From positions 57,277 through 121,276 of the IMG/VR virus record IMGVR_UViG_3300023174_000078: DNA of 64,000 bases. The stretch is one strand, 5' to 3'. Below the pieces are notes generated by a model. It was not told the DNA's origin. It made no database searches and saw only the letters and a program-made list of their open reading frames with translations. The stretch is from a virus. Each line of letters opens with the position of its first letter. Positions within the stretch are counted from its first letter, which is position 1. Positions 45,182 through 54,572 of the stretch are shown here, piece by piece. The position numbers were made by a program, and so were the translations under genes.

Positions 45182-45717
45182 ATACTGCGTCTACGGCATT
45201 GACTGATTTTGTCAGCGCTATAGCGAAATGTCGCCGTGGTATGTGTAGTGTATCGGGGGAAGAAATTCCCCCGATATCTATGTCTACGCCGCTGCAGGAA
45301 GTAGCAAAAGAGCGAGGACTAGAGGCGTTGTATGTGCCGTTTGATAAAATAAATCACACGCACAAGTATAAAGGTAAATTGGGATTCTGCTACCGGGAAG
45401 CTTATAAGCTAGCCATAGGCGACCCAATTTTTATTTATTGCGAAGGCTACGCTACCAGTGAAAAACTGAGTATTCCGTTGATGCATGCTTGGTGCGTTAA
45501 TAGAGAAACCCAAGAAGTCTATGACCCGGTGTGGAATACTAAAAGGATTCGAGGTAGCGCGTATTGTGGGTTACCTTTGAGCTTGGACTTTGTGAACAAG
45601 GTTATGCTACAGCGAGAATGTTACGGAGTAATAGATCAATTATGGCTGTGTAAAAACCTTTTTGATGTATCATTCAGTGCCGTAATTCATCCAGACTATC
45701 ACACCATAATCTTATGA
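45178..45717 (+). CDS. Papain-like/transglutaminase-fold phage protein
   Basis: CY.EA, YCEGYA, HAWC, YDP.W (Cys-His-Asp). Confidence 0.6.
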   Translation: MNTASTALTDFVSAIAKCRRGMCSVSGEEIPPISMSTPLQEVAKERGLEALYVPFDKINHTHKYKGKLGFCYREAYKLAIGDPIFIYCEGYATSEKLSIPLMHAWCVNRETQEVYDPVWNTKRIRGSAYCGLPLSLDFVNKVMLQRECYGVIDQLWLCKNLFDVSFSAVIHPDYHTIIL

Positions 45718-46088
45718 TTGATTTTGATAACGAAAACTTCATTAGCTACAAAACTCAGCTTAAAGACAATTTTATGTTTTTTCGTATGTTTCTTGCGGAT
45801 GACGTGGACGCTATCATAACTTATTTTATTTCGACGGGCGAAATTAGCTATACGGATTTATCTAAAATTTATGAAGGATTGTACCAGGCGCTTGTGCAGC
45901 TTATGGCGGCATATCCAAATAAAACTGCTAAATCACTTGATTCTATTCTTAAACTACCAAAAGGTAAGAACATTAATACTTGCGACACATTTAATTACCA
46001 TATAGTATTTAGATTATCACAAGTGCTGATGCATCTTTTAGCTGAAACCTCTTATATATTATCCGGAATAGATCCTGATGCTCCTTAA
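45714..46088 (+). CDS. Hypothetical protein
   Basis: ORF in operon. Confidence 0.55.
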   Translation: MIDFDNENFISYKTQLKDNFMFFRMFLADDVDAIITYFISTGEISYTDLSKIYEGLYQALVQLMAAYPNKTAKSLDSILKLPKGKNINTCDTFNYHIVFRLSQVLMHLLAETSYILSGIDPDAP

Positions 46089-46662
46089 CTCTATAATCTG
46101 TGCAGACTGCGAAGAGATCATGGCCGTATACGAGCTGCATGACTTCTACTGCGAGAAGAGTAAGTTAGTGTTACAGATCGAAGAGCGTTTATGTTTGCAA
46201 TGCAGTAGCGCTGTATGGCAAATAGTTAATGTGTTTCCAGCCGATCATAACTTAGAGGTGGGGCGCAGCGAATCATTGGAAGTCAGCCTGACAAGTGACA
46301 GAGTCTCGCGCGCGCTTTCCGCTGCGCAGATAAACAGTCTGACCAAAGTATACTTCTTGGAAAAACTGAAAAATCTATGCCTAAATAAAAAAAATCACAT
46401 TTGGTACGACAAATTTGAAATAGAATTATGGGAGTCGCTATTAGGATTATCTGATAGTATTGAATTAGCTAAAGAAGAAATTTTCTTTTTAAAAAGCATA
46501 AGCGAGAGCCTTAATGTATGGGGGATTAACCCATCAAATTGGGCGGGCTTGGAAAAACAGCCCAGTCCACTTATAAATTTAAAAGCTTGGAAAGAGCTTT
46601 ACAACAACAGAAAACAACTCTTCAAAAAATCATTCTTGCATGAGCCGCAATCCAGTTCTTGA
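46078..46662 (+). CDS. Hypothetical Zn-ribbon protein
   Basis: CADC...CLQC. Confidence 0.55.
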   Translation: MLLNSIICADCEEIMAVYELHDFYCEKSKLVLQIEERLCLQCSSAVWQIVNVFPADHNLEVGRSESLEVSLTSDRVSRALSAAQINSLTKVYFLEKLKNLCLNKKNHIWYDKFEIELWESLLGLSDSIELAKEEIFFLKSISESLNVWGINPSNWAGLEKQPSPLINLKAWKELYNNRKQLFKKSFLHEPQSSS

Positions 46663-47791
46663 AACACTAAGGAAAACACCGGATCTTAAAAATAAGATCA
46701 ATAGCATTCTCAAAAATAAATTTGTATATACAGAGCCTATCGCTGACATCTTGGCGTCGGCAATCTACAGCAAGCAAAACGTCATTCTTTATGGGCCTGG
46801 CGGGCATGGTAAGTCTGAGATGGTCGAGGAGGTTCTTTGCGGTCTCGGTCTGTGGGATCGTCACAATCCTGTTAATTCCGCAACTTTGATTCAATCCTTC
46901 GGTGAAGGTTTGACGGAAGATGCACTCTGGGGCGGTATTGATTTCCGCAAACTCAACTCTCCCACAGATCCGGAGATGTGGTTTAACGTTGAGAATAGTT
47001 TCCTCAAATACCCGGTTGCGGTATTCGAAGAATTATTTGACGCTCCAGCATTTTGTTTGTTGCCGCTGAAGCACACCATTCAGGCCGGGTTCCTGGCAAA
47101 GAACGGTAAGTCTTATCCCATGCAGACGGAGCTGATCATCGCTTGTACGAACCGTGATCCTTCCGAGATTGCCGAGATGGGCGAGACCTATCGCGCACTT
47201 CTGGAACGTTTTGTTCTGCGGCAAGAGGTAGCCTGGCCTGAATACAGCGCTGATACTTACTACAATCTGCTGGGTAAACATCCAAAAGTCCAGGAGCGCA
47301 TGAGCGACGAAACCCGTGGTGCGCTCGCCGGTATCTTGCAGGAATGCTTTGAGAATGGCGATTTCGTTTCTCCGCGTACCGCGATGAAGTGTGTCGATAT
47401 TATTTATGGTGCGGCAATCTCTCGTGGCTCTGACAGGATCGAGCCGCAAGATTTTCACGCCCTGCGCAATGTGGCTGGCTTCGGACAGACTGCGGATAAA
47501 TTCCAGGAAGATATCGAACGGCGTGTCGCGGAATCTGCCGCACAGCAGGCGCTTGCGGCGTACACGACTGAAATCATGGCGGAGATTAATAAAATCAAAC
47601 AAGGTACCATCAGTAAAGTTATCGACTGGTGTATACTGTCTCGGCGGTTGCTGGATCTTAAAGCTAAAGTTGGCGATGTCAGCGTGCCTGATTCGTTGTT
47701 TAATAAGCGAGATACCTTGATGGCTAACGCAGACGAGTTTTCGACAAAATGCTTGTTCGCGGCACGAGACGCAGTTCGACTTTCAAATTAA
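46640..47791 (+). CDS. MoxR/RavA-like AAA+ ATPase
   Basis: GPGGHGKS, VFEELFD, CTN, ALLERF, VSPR. Confidence 0.85.
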   Translation: MSRNPVLETLRKTPDLKNKINSILKNKFVYTEPIADILASAIYSKQNVILYGPGGHGKSEMVEEVLCGLGLWDRHNPVNSATLIQSFGEGLTEDALWGGIDFRKLNSPTDPEMWFNVENSFLKYPVAVFEELFDAPAFCLLPLKHTIQAGFLAKNGKSYPMQTELIIACTNRDPSEIAEMGETYRALLERFVLRQEVAWPEYSADTYYNLLGKHPKVQERMSDETRGALAGILQECFENGDFVSPRTAMKCVDIIYGAAISRGSDRIEPQDFHALRNVAGFGQTADKFQEDIERRVAESAAQQALAAYTTEIMAEINKIKQGTISKVIDWCILSRRLLDLKAKVGDVSVPDSLFNKRDTLMANADEFSTKCLFAARDAVRLSN

Positions 47792-47792
47792 A

Positions 47793-49232
47793 ATGCAAAT
47801 CACAGTAGCTCCCGGCTACTTGCCGCCGTCTGATCGCGAGATTCAGACGGCGGCAGATACAGCCGAGTTAAAACTTAAGGTGCCTAGCTTTGTTAGGGAC
47901 GTATGTAATATAGCGGCAGGCGGTCAGTTTTTGTCGCAAGCAGAAATAGCGGGTAGCATCCAAGAAGAGTGGATGTCTACTAAAATAAAGAAAGATTACT
48001 GCAACGGGCAACACAAATTCATAAGAGGCGATAACAATAAAGCTTATACTAATTTTGCGGCAGCAAGATCTGATTTCTTTAAAGACAAAGAAAAATTGGC
48101 ACGCCGCACGCAAGATTCTATTAATGCCATGCCGCGTCTAGATGTTCCCGGGAATACTCCGTTGGAGCGGTCGGTAAATCTTATTAACCTGCTGGTGCGG
48201 CAACGTTATGGTAAGAAAGGCCCACCTGCTAACGGTCATTCTGATGACATACTGCGAGACTTGTTGTCGCAAGAAAACGTTGCTAAAGCCAAGCAAAATT
48301 TGGATACTGCTCGTAATCTGTCTGACGATGAGCAGGACTTACTTAGCCAGATAGCAGATCTTAAAAATAAACCAGAGCCAGAAGAAGGGCAAGATCCTAA
48401 TAGCGGCAAATTCGGTACTGGTATATCCGCCGGTACTGACACTAATTTTACAGCCAAGGGTAAACGTATCCTCGAGAACGCTATGCACCTTACCGACTCG
48501 CGACTCGCTGAGATTCTTGCTGTCAGCAGGAAAATGAAATCGTTTTCTAAATTACGGACATCTAAAATTCAGGAATTTACGCCAGATGTCGAAGGTAGTC
48601 AGGTGCGTAATCGCGCCATGCAGAATTATGGCGAATTAGCCAGAATGAAAGCATCGCAGTACGCTGATAAAGTCTATACTCCTCATCTATTTAATTATAG
48701 ATCTGTAACTCAGCAATACATGATTCGTGAGCGTGGTCGTTTCCTTGAAAAGAAACAACTGCTATACTTGTTGGTTGATTGCTCTGGCTCTATGACGGAA
48801 GACGATTCTTCTCGTATTAACATGGCGGCAGGTATTTTGATAAACAGACTTATGGCTGTTACTAAAGGTGACGCCAATGTTTACTGGCGTTTCTTCGATA
48901 CTGTAGCGCATGATGTTACTTTTGTGGATGATAAATTTAAGGCGCAAGCGTCTATCTCTAAGATCCTCGAGCAGGGACAGTACGAGGGCGGTGGGACAAA
49001 TTTTGATAACGCTATCCTTAGTGCCGTCGAGCATATTGAGAGTCTTAAGGAAACTATGAAATACGCTAAACCAGAAATCTTCATGGTTACTGATGGCGGC
49101 TGTCATTGTTCTCTCAGCCGTAAGGACCTGAAGGGTACTAAGCTGCATGTGGGTGTCGTGGCCGCCGAGCAGCCGCACCAGCTAAAAGCTTTAGCTGGTG
49201 CTACTGGTGGTGCGTATATTGATTTTTGTTAA
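47793..49232 (+). CDS. vWA-domain protein (ViaA-like partner)
   Basis: MIDAS DCSGSM, GGGTNF, VTDG. Confidence 0.85.
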   Translation: MQITVAPGYLPPSDREIQTAADTAELKLKVPSFVRDVCNIAAGGQFLSQAEIAGSIQEEWMSTKIKKDYCNGQHKFIRGDNNKAYTNFAAARSDFFKDKEKLARRTQDSINAMPRLDVPGNTPLERSVNLINLLVRQRYGKKGPPANGHSDDILRDLLSQENVAKAKQNLDTARNLSDDEQDLLSQIADLKNKPEPEEGQDPNSGKFGTGISAGTDTNFTAKGKRILENAMHLTDSRLAEILAVSRKMKSFSKLRTSKIQEFTPDVEGSQVRNRAMQNYGELARMKASQYADKVYTPHLFNYRSVTQQYMIRERGRFLEKKQLLYLLVDCSGSMTEDDSSRINMAAGILINRLMAVTKGDANVYWRFFDTVAHDVTFVDDKFKAQASISKILEQGQYEGGGTNFDNAILSAVEHIESLKETMKYAKPEIFMVTDGGCHCSLSRKDLKGTKLHVGVVAAEQPHQLKALAGATGGAYIDFC

Positions 49233-49248
49233 TCCTCGTGGTATGTGT

Positions 49249-49291
49249 ATTAAGGTGGTGGTATAGTCAAATACCACCACCTTAATTTTTT
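49249..49291 (+). terminator. Intrinsic terminator
   Basis: Perfect 16-bp stem ATTAAGGTGGTGGTAT/ATACCACCACCTTAAT followed by a T-run. Confidence 0.8.
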
Positions 49292-49315
49292 ATTAGTTAG
49301 CGCTAGTTAAATAAT

Positions 49316-49396
49316 GCGGGTATGCGCAGAGAGGCCGAATGCACCTGTGTTACATACAGGAAATCACCGTTGGTTCGAATCCAACTACCCGTACCA
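49316..49396 (+). tRNA. tRNA with UAC anticodon (Val), atypical body
   Basis: GCGGGTA/TACCCGT acceptor plus ACCA; CCTGT-GT-TAC-AT-ACAGG; GTTGG TTCGAAT CCAAC. Confidence 0.7.
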
Positions 49397-49411
49397 TTTT
49401 AGAATTACAAC

Positions 49412-49651
49412 ATGAGAAAACCCAAGTTGACATACATACATGTCAATCAGCATAAGATTCGCGCTAATAAAACTAAGGGCGCGAATGAACCTGTTATTAC
49501 CGTCAAGCAAGGTAGAAAAAATACATATTGCTACAGAGTAAAAATTCACGGACCTAGTGAAGTTGTTTACTCTGGAAACGATACTACTTTACTGGCTTGC
49601 GGTGCTAGAGTAGCTATCGTAACAGAAAGTGCAGTTGAGATTTTAGAGTAA
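49412..49651 (+). CDS. Conserved small phage protein
   Basis: IHVNQH.I..N...G..EPVITVK...I.GPS.VVY...CGARV. Confidence 0.7.
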   Translation: MRKPKLTYIHVNQHKIRANKTKGANEPVITVKQGRKNTYCYRVKIHGPSEVVYSGNDTTLLACGARVAIVTESAVEILE

Positions 49652-49699
49652 GTTTTTATTTAGCTTATACGGCGTACACAATCTTTTTGTAAAAACAAT

Positions 49700-50017
49700 A
49701 TGAGTAAAAAAACACAGACTGATATTAGCGAAATGGTGGCGGTCAATCGCGTAGGTTGGGAGGCTATCAGACATAAAGATGGTTGGTGGGTTGGTACTGA
49801 CAAAGGTGTAACTTGCTACGGCGATCACCAAATTGCCCGGATGGCCCTAACTATGATTTGGCAACGTGATGGTGGTGGTCCGCTAAAGTTTAAGATTGAA
49901 AAATATACACATGTAGCCGATAAGCAAGCAACGCCTGATTACGTGCCAAAATATGGCGCTGTTGAAGCTTTACGTAATTACGAGCGACGGAAGACACGTA
50001 CGCGCGTTAAATCATGA
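49700..50017 (+). CDS. Hypothetical protein
   Basis: ORF. Confidence 0.6.
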   Translation: MSKKTQTDISEMVAVNRVGWEAIRHKDGWWVGTDKGVTCYGDHQIARMALTMIWQRDGGGPLKFKIEKYTHVADKQATPDYVPKYGAVEALRNYERRKTRTRVKS

Positions 50018-50220
50018 TACATGAATTTAATAATCCTATTCTGGCGCATACGCCTCTCGGCGTAGGGTATGTTTGGTATGTGCGAGATACAGGCATGCAT
50101 GAAAATGATCAGTTCGCTGTTATTTTAAAAGATGGTGGTAAGATTGTGCACTTATTAAGTCATCAAATCCGAATTCATTCTAATAATACGTTTGACATTA
50201 CCAAAGACGAGTCTAATTGA
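50014..50220 (+). CDS. Small phage protein
   Basis: TPLG.G...N.TF motif; ATGA overlap. Confidence 0.6.
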   Translation: MIHEFNNPILAHTPLGVGYVWYVRDTGMHENDQFAVILKDGGKIVHLLSHQIRIHSNNTFDITKDESN

Positions 50221-50226
50221 TAATAT

Positions 50227-50314
50227 GGGAAGGTGGTAGAGCGGTTTATTGCACTGGTCTTGAAAACCGGAGTGCTGCAAGGCACCGTGGGTTCGAATCC
50301 CACCCTTCCCGCCA
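50227..50314 (+). tRNA. tRNA-Ser(UGA)
   Basis: CTGGT-CT-TGA-AA-ACCGG, long variable arm, G73, CCA. Confidence 0.93.
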
Positions 50315-50323
50315 ATTTTAAAT

Positions 50324-50399
50324 CACAGGGTGGACAAGTGGTTAAGTCGCTTGGCTCATAACCAAGAGATCGAGGGTTCGACTCCCTCCCCTGTAACCA
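50324..50399 (+). tRNA. tRNA-Met(CAU), initiator-like (C1:A72 mismatch)
   Basis: CTTGG-CT-CAT-AA-CCAAG; CACAGGG/CCCTGTA; ACCA. Confidence 0.88.
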
Positions 50400-50407
50400 A
50401 TTCAAGT

Positions 50408-50830
50408 ATGAGCGAAAAAGAAACACATCCACCATATCCCCCTTATGAAATTCTTCCGATAGATCCGGAAAAAAATCCGCCCGAAACAATTGAAGAATTA
50501 GAAATTCTTATAGATAAGCTGCAGGGTAAGTCTGCAAGTATTAAGCAGCAATTAGAAGTGATTGCGATTCGCGAGAAGCAGGGGCTAGCAGTAGACTATT
50601 CCAGAGTAAAACGCGCGATGTTTGCCAGGACGCAGACTAACAGATCGATTGCAGCTTTACAACGTATTGTTAAAAACAAGCGCCAGCAAGCAGCGCTTAA
50701 GTCAGGAAGCCCGTTCGAGAAATTCTTTTTCGAGGTTGCAAAGGCAAAACTTTCGGCGGATATGCTGACTGCCCTTATGGACGATGCGTTCCTTAAAATG
50801 CGAGAAGCCGAAAGATCAAACAGCGATTAA
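50408..50830 (+). CDS. Hypothetical coiled-coil protein (true start after the tRNA)
   Basis: ATG at 50408; the ORF-track start at 50330 lies inside tRNA-Met. Confidence 0.65.
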   Translation: MSEKETHPPYPPYEILPIDPEKNPPETIEELEILIDKLQGKSASIKQQLEVIAIREKQGLAVDYSRVKRAMFARTQTNRSIAALQRIVKNKRQQAALKSGSPFEKFFFEVAKAKLSADMLTALMDDAFLKMREAERSNSD

Positions 50831-50947
50831 TTATTCTTTTGTGCTATATAATTATGTTGACAAAACTTATTAATCAGATATTTTTATAAGTCTGAAAGTT
50901 TTACGTTGACAAGTTGTTTAATTAATTAACTATTAAGAAATATAACC

Positions 50948-51238
50948 ATGCACACAGAACTCATCGCACAATCCCTTGTGGCACGGCTTCATGCCGATGG
51001 CCTGAAAATTCAACAAGTCGAGCAAAGTGAAGTCGACGGTAACCTGGAAATTACCATCACTACACAACAACTCAATGGCTTAAAATCGCTAACGGTCCGT
51101 ATGCAAGAGGTTGAGGTTTCTCATCCGCTGACTGCAGACTTTGGTTTACTAGGTCCTGATGAGGGCTTTGTAGATCATGAAGACCACAGCCCAGATCAAC
51201 TTAGAGAGCTGGCGCTGGCGGCAGACGAAGAAATGTGA
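50948..51238 (+). CDS. Hypothetical acidic protein
   Basis: ORF after an AT-rich promoter region containing TTGACA boxes. Confidence 0.6.
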   Translation: MHTELIAQSLVARLHADGLKIQQVEQSEVDGNLEITITTQQLNGLKSLTVRMQEVEVSHPLTADFGLLGPDEGFVDHEDHSPDQLRELALAADEEM

Positions 51239-51736
51239 TTGTCAGTCGCCCATACCTGTGTAACATACAGTATGGGCGACGATCAATTCTCTAGATTAAA
51301 AGGTAGAAGTTTAGTTAACTCGCTAAACGCGCATATTATTTTCAGCTTATTTTTAGCTGGTATAAGCATAGCAATCGCAGCTATTTCTTTCATAGGCTTA
51401 CTATTCAGCCCTGCTTTTATTTTACTTATTGTATTATTCACAGGCATAAGTTTGCAGCTTTTCAGACATTTGAAAAAAGTCAGCGAGGCGCGGCAAAAGT
51501 TAAGTAGAGCTCTTTATACCATAGACGACAAAGCGTACGTCTGGGACTTAGAAAACGTCAGAGATAAACTGATGGCGCGAATTATTCAAGAAGGCAAGTG
51601 TCCCTGGAACGAAGGACTTTGCAATTCGCCTAACCCATGTTTTTGTACCCAGCAAAAAGAGCATCTAAAGGATATGAATTTAGATACCGACAAAAAACAA
51701 AAGATACTATTGAATGAGTACGACGCAGGAACGTGA
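51239..51736 (+). CDS. Membrane protein (2 TM)
   Basis: Hydrophobic hairpin. Confidence 0.6.
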   Translation: MSVAHTCVTYSMGDDQFSRLKGRSLVNSLNAHIIFSLFLAGISIAIAAISFIGLLFSPAFILLIVLFTGISLQLFRHLKKVSEARQKLSRALYTIDDKAYVWDLENVRDKLMARIIQEGKCPWNEGLCNSPNPCFCTQQKEHLKDMNLDTDKKQKILLNEYDAGT

Positions 51737-52973
51737 CAGGGAGTTTCAACAGCAAGTTACCGCTTTGCTAAAGTGTTTTAAATACCTAGAGCTTTATGAA
51801 AAAACGCAGATTGATTCCACAGGATTTTTCATCAAGCAATTAAATAGGCGAGTTACCATCCAAAGAAAAACAAACATTACCCCGGATAATAAATCGGATG
51901 TAATAATTAAAAATAAATTACAATTAGTACCTGCTGTTTTAGATTTAGCTTTTACTACTGATAGTGCTAAAGATTTTAAGAGTGCATTATTTTCTTGTCC
52001 GTTTGATTCCGATGTCTTAAACAACGTGGAAGCCAGAATTTCTGGAGTAGATTTAGATGATACTATGGGCGTGTGGTATCAGAATAAAGAAAGAGGGCAA
52101 CAGACTTACGATCTATTAAACGCCGATCAAAAGGTTGCGCGTACATCGCTACAGCAGCTGCGCTGGAAAGCGTATCATTCTAAAAATGAGCACGAAGATA
52201 TTATTTACGTACATTTTCCCGGAAACGATTCTTGGTTAGCTGTGTACTTTGCTTCTTTATCAAGTGATTCGGACGCAATACAAATTCTGGATAAGCACAA
52301 TGGTTTTATTGTTGATACACACGATTTAAAATATGATAGGTATGCGGAAACTTTTTCTTCTGAGTACTCCATAAGCTCTACAACTTATAGTATTGAGCCG
52401 TCTCTAGATAAAGATTCTTTCTTTGACTTGTCGGAAATGGCGTGTGCTTTAGATTTTGTAGCAGATGCGTTCAAAGAAGATCAAGACGATCCGTATATTG
52501 ATGCTGATCTGTTAGATTCTGAGGCGTTAAACTTCTTGAGCGGATCGGAAGATGAGCTTGAGAGGTTATTAATTTTAATTTGTCACGCAGCAATACCTAT
52601 GCAGCATTGGGACGAGCTAGAGCCGTTTGAGATTCTCGCGGATAGTGCGATGAATGATGGCGAATCCGCGTCTATAAATTATGATTCAATGAGTTATGAC
52701 ACCTGGGCGCATGTAAAAGATCGCTTGGGTGATAAGCTAGTATTTGTAGAACGCGCCTTTGACGCTGCGTTAGATCAAAATCAACCATGCGGCCATACAT
52801 GGGAGTACAACGATGGACCTTATGACAGGCGGTCTGGGTATGACTGCAGCCCGTGCCGCTTAAGTTTTCAGATACCTGCTCCATCTGCGCACGAACAGAT
52901 TTGTGCAAAAATTGAAATTAAGAAGCTAGCGCACATACTAAGCAAAGACACAATTGATGGATTGTTAAAATAG
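51714..52973 (+). CDS. Hypothetical protein
   Basis: 419-aa ORF; C-terminal PAPSAHEQICAK. Confidence 0.7.
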   Translation: MSTTQERDREFQQQVTALLKCFKYLELYEKTQIDSTGFFIKQLNRRVTIQRKTNITPDNKSDVIIKNKLQLVPAVLDLAFTTDSAKDFKSALFSCPFDSDVLNNVEARISGVDLDDTMGVWYQNKERGQQTYDLLNADQKVARTSLQQLRWKAYHSKNEHEDIIYVHFPGNDSWLAVYFASLSSDSDAIQILDKHNGFIVDTHDLKYDRYAETFSSEYSISSTTYSIEPSLDKDSFFDLSEMACALDFVADAFKEDQDDPYIDADLLDSEALNFLSGSEDELERLLILICHAAIPMQHWDELEPFEILADSAMNDGESASINYDSMSYDTWAHVKDRLGDKLVFVERAFDAALDQNQPCGHTWEYNDGPYDRRSGYDCSPCRLSFQIPAPSAHEQICAKIEIKKLAHILSKDTIDGLLK

Positions 52974-52986
52974 AAATATACAAACA

Positions 52987-53460
52987 ATGAATGGTTACGA
53001 GGACACAGAAGCTCTAAAATATAATAAAGAATTATCTAATCTGGCTGCCCCTACATTGGAGGAGCGGGAAGAGTTTATTAAATGGCTAGACTACATTCAG
53101 ACTGTTTGTATGAATGTATTTTATGCTACGGCTCCCGCTACACTGTGGGAGTCTAACGATGTATTTAACTTTGTATTAGTCGGGCAAACCGATAAACGTA
53201 ATACAGAAATTGCTAGAGGGTTATACTGCATCGATTTGCATTCTGCATTTGATGAAACATTTAGAAATCCTATTGCTTTAGCTTTTGCACATCTAGCTAA
53301 AGCGCCAGAGCATTTTACGTATGTGCCTAGCATTCTAAGTGTGGTTTTACCAAAGCCTACTGCGCATGAGATTTTCTCGGCCAAAATGTTTTTTAGAAAA
53401 CTGATTAATGATAATGTAGAAAATCAAGAATTGTGCGACTGGGCCTCTAAACTTAAATAA
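52987..53460 (+). CDS. Hypothetical protein
   Basis: C-terminal PKPTAHEIFSAK resembles the preceding gene. Confidence 0.65.
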   Translation: MNGYEDTEALKYNKELSNLAAPTLEEREEFIKWLDYIQTVCMNVFYATAPATLWESNDVFNFVLVGQTDKRNTEIARGLYCIDLHSAFDETFRNPIALAFAHLAKAPEHFTYVPSILSVVLPKPTAHEIFSAKMFFRKLINDNVENQELCDWASKLK

Positions 53461-53462
53461 AA

Positions 53463-54572
53463 ATGTCAAACCTAAACATCGACTCTGTGAGCCCCAAGCG
53501 GGCATATGACCTAGCAAATGAAATGGTTAAACTACGGACGATTCCGTTCTTTTTCCACGGCAGACCTGGAATTGGTAAATCTGATATTGTGGAGCAGTTG
53601 GCGCAGGCCAACAATATGAAATTGGAAATTCTGATGTTAACACAGATCGATTCACAAGATCTGCGTGGTATTCAGTATCCAGACGCAGCCAGCAAACGAA
53701 TGGTCTACTATCCTCCAGAATTTCTGCCGGGGCCTGAATCGCCGCCGACTCTTCTGTTTCTGGATGAGTTGACCGGCGCGGAGCCGCGTTTGCAAGTTTC
53801 AGCGTACCAGCTCCTCCTATCCCGGCGAATTGGTAGTTACCATCTGCCAGATAACTGCTATGTTTGTGCTGCGGGTAATGGACCTGCTGACGGGGCGATT
53901 GCTTACGAAATGGGTACTGCCTTAGCTTCCCGCTTGCTGCACATTGCCGTGCAAGCAGAACCTCGTTCGTGGATTGCGTGGGCATTAGCCAATAATATTC
54001 ACAGTAGTATTATTACGTTGATTCAACTTAAGGGCGACCTGTTGGAGCAAACAGATTCGCAACTTGATCGTGGCGATTTAATTGGTCCCAACCCTCGGGC
54101 TTGGGCTCGTGCTTCTTCTATTATGCATAGTGTGGGTGCGCAAAACCGTTCTATCGCTGAGCCTCTCATCGAGGGCTTAGTCGGCAAATCGGCGGCAGCT
54201 GATCTTTTTCTCACTGCTGAGGAAATGAAAGACTTACCGTCTCCGGAAAAAATTCTAGCAATGGATGAGAAGGAATTTGGCAAGATTGTGCCTAAATCCA
54301 TTCCCAGCCTTTACGGGCTGACATACTCGCTTGTAGCGTACGCCTCTGATTTGGCGGATATGCGCAAAGCTATTAAATTCTTAGACATAACGGTTGAACG
54401 TGCCAAGGATTTACCTGCCGCAGACTGTATGTCATTGGGCATGGAACTTCTGATGGAGAAAGCCATAAAATCACGTCTTGATAATGAGCTCATGGAAAGT
54501 AAAGAATTCATTGATAATTACGACAGGGTCAAAGATGTGTATTCTGTTTCATCCAACGGTAAAGACAAATAA
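53463..54572 (+). CDS. MoxR-like AAA+ ATPase
   Basis: GRPGIGKS, DLRG, LFLDEL, AAGN, ALASR, PRAW. Confidence 0.9.
   Translation: MSNLNIDSVSPKRAYDLANEMVKLRTIPFFFHGRPGIGKSDIVEQLAQANNMKLEILMLTQIDSQDLRGIQYPDAASKRMVYYPPEFLPGPESPPTLLFLDELTGAEPRLQVSAYQLLLSRRIGSYHLPDNCYVCAAGNGPADGAIAYEMGTALASRLLHIAVQAEPRSWIAWALANNIHSSIITLIQLKGDLLEQTDSQLDRGDLIGPNPRAWARASSIMHSVGAQNRSIAEPLIEGLVGKSAAADLFLTAEEMKDLPSPEKILAMDEKEFGKIVPKSIPSLYGLTYSLVAYASDLADMRKAIKFLDITVERAKDLPAADCMSLGMELLMEKAIKSRLDNELMESKEFIDNYDRVKDVYSVSSNGKDK

Noticed and set aside
50175-50489. ORF 50175..50489 (-) and the 5' part of 50330..50830
   Set aside because: They overlap tRNA-Ser and tRNA-Met; translations such as GFEPT and GSTP are tRNA shadows.
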